64,000 bases of DNA from Eledone cirrhosa (Eukaryota). Numbering within the stretch: position 1 is the first letter of the stretch; every line of letters begins with the position of its first letter. Shown here piece after piece: positions 63,954-64,000 of the stretch. The stretch covers positions 71,300,001-71,364,000 of the forward strand of contig OZ024745.1 in the NCBI GenBank assembly GCA_964016885.1. The letters run 5' to 3'. The notes under the pieces are model-generated. The model was not told the origin of the DNA, did no database searches, and worked only from the letters and a program-made list of their open reading frames with translations. Both the position numbers and the translations under genes were made by a program.

Positions 63954-64000
63954 GCACATACTCCCTCCCCCTCACTTTCTGTGACCTATTTCTCTTAACT

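Overview
Eukaryotic, AT-rich, repeat-dominated DNA, most likely from a cephalopod (Octopus-like). That assignment is inferred from recalled SINE families and the microsatellite load. Bases 1-~45,485 are one 21-bp satellite (ACACTACTGTCATCACCATTA) with irregular higher-order duplications; its giant ORFs are by-products of the repeat. The last 18.5 kb hold SINEs, an RTE-like LINE fragment, a MITE and microsatellites. Most notable is a dense cluster (48.8-59.8 kb) of Penelope-like retroelement (PLE) insertions sitting in (TA)n tracts. It comprises one near-full-length RT+GIY-YIG element, one 5'-truncated element and several ORF-less palindromic or fragmentary insertions. Together they carry five distinct type I hammerhead ribozyme (HHR) families, one with a compensatory U3-A8 core (UUGAAAA). 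Every two-armed insertion follows the same rule: two oppositely oriented ends point outward into TA repeats, one ending at a short terminus and the other at a long terminus. All calls were made by eye; no searches or folding programs were run.
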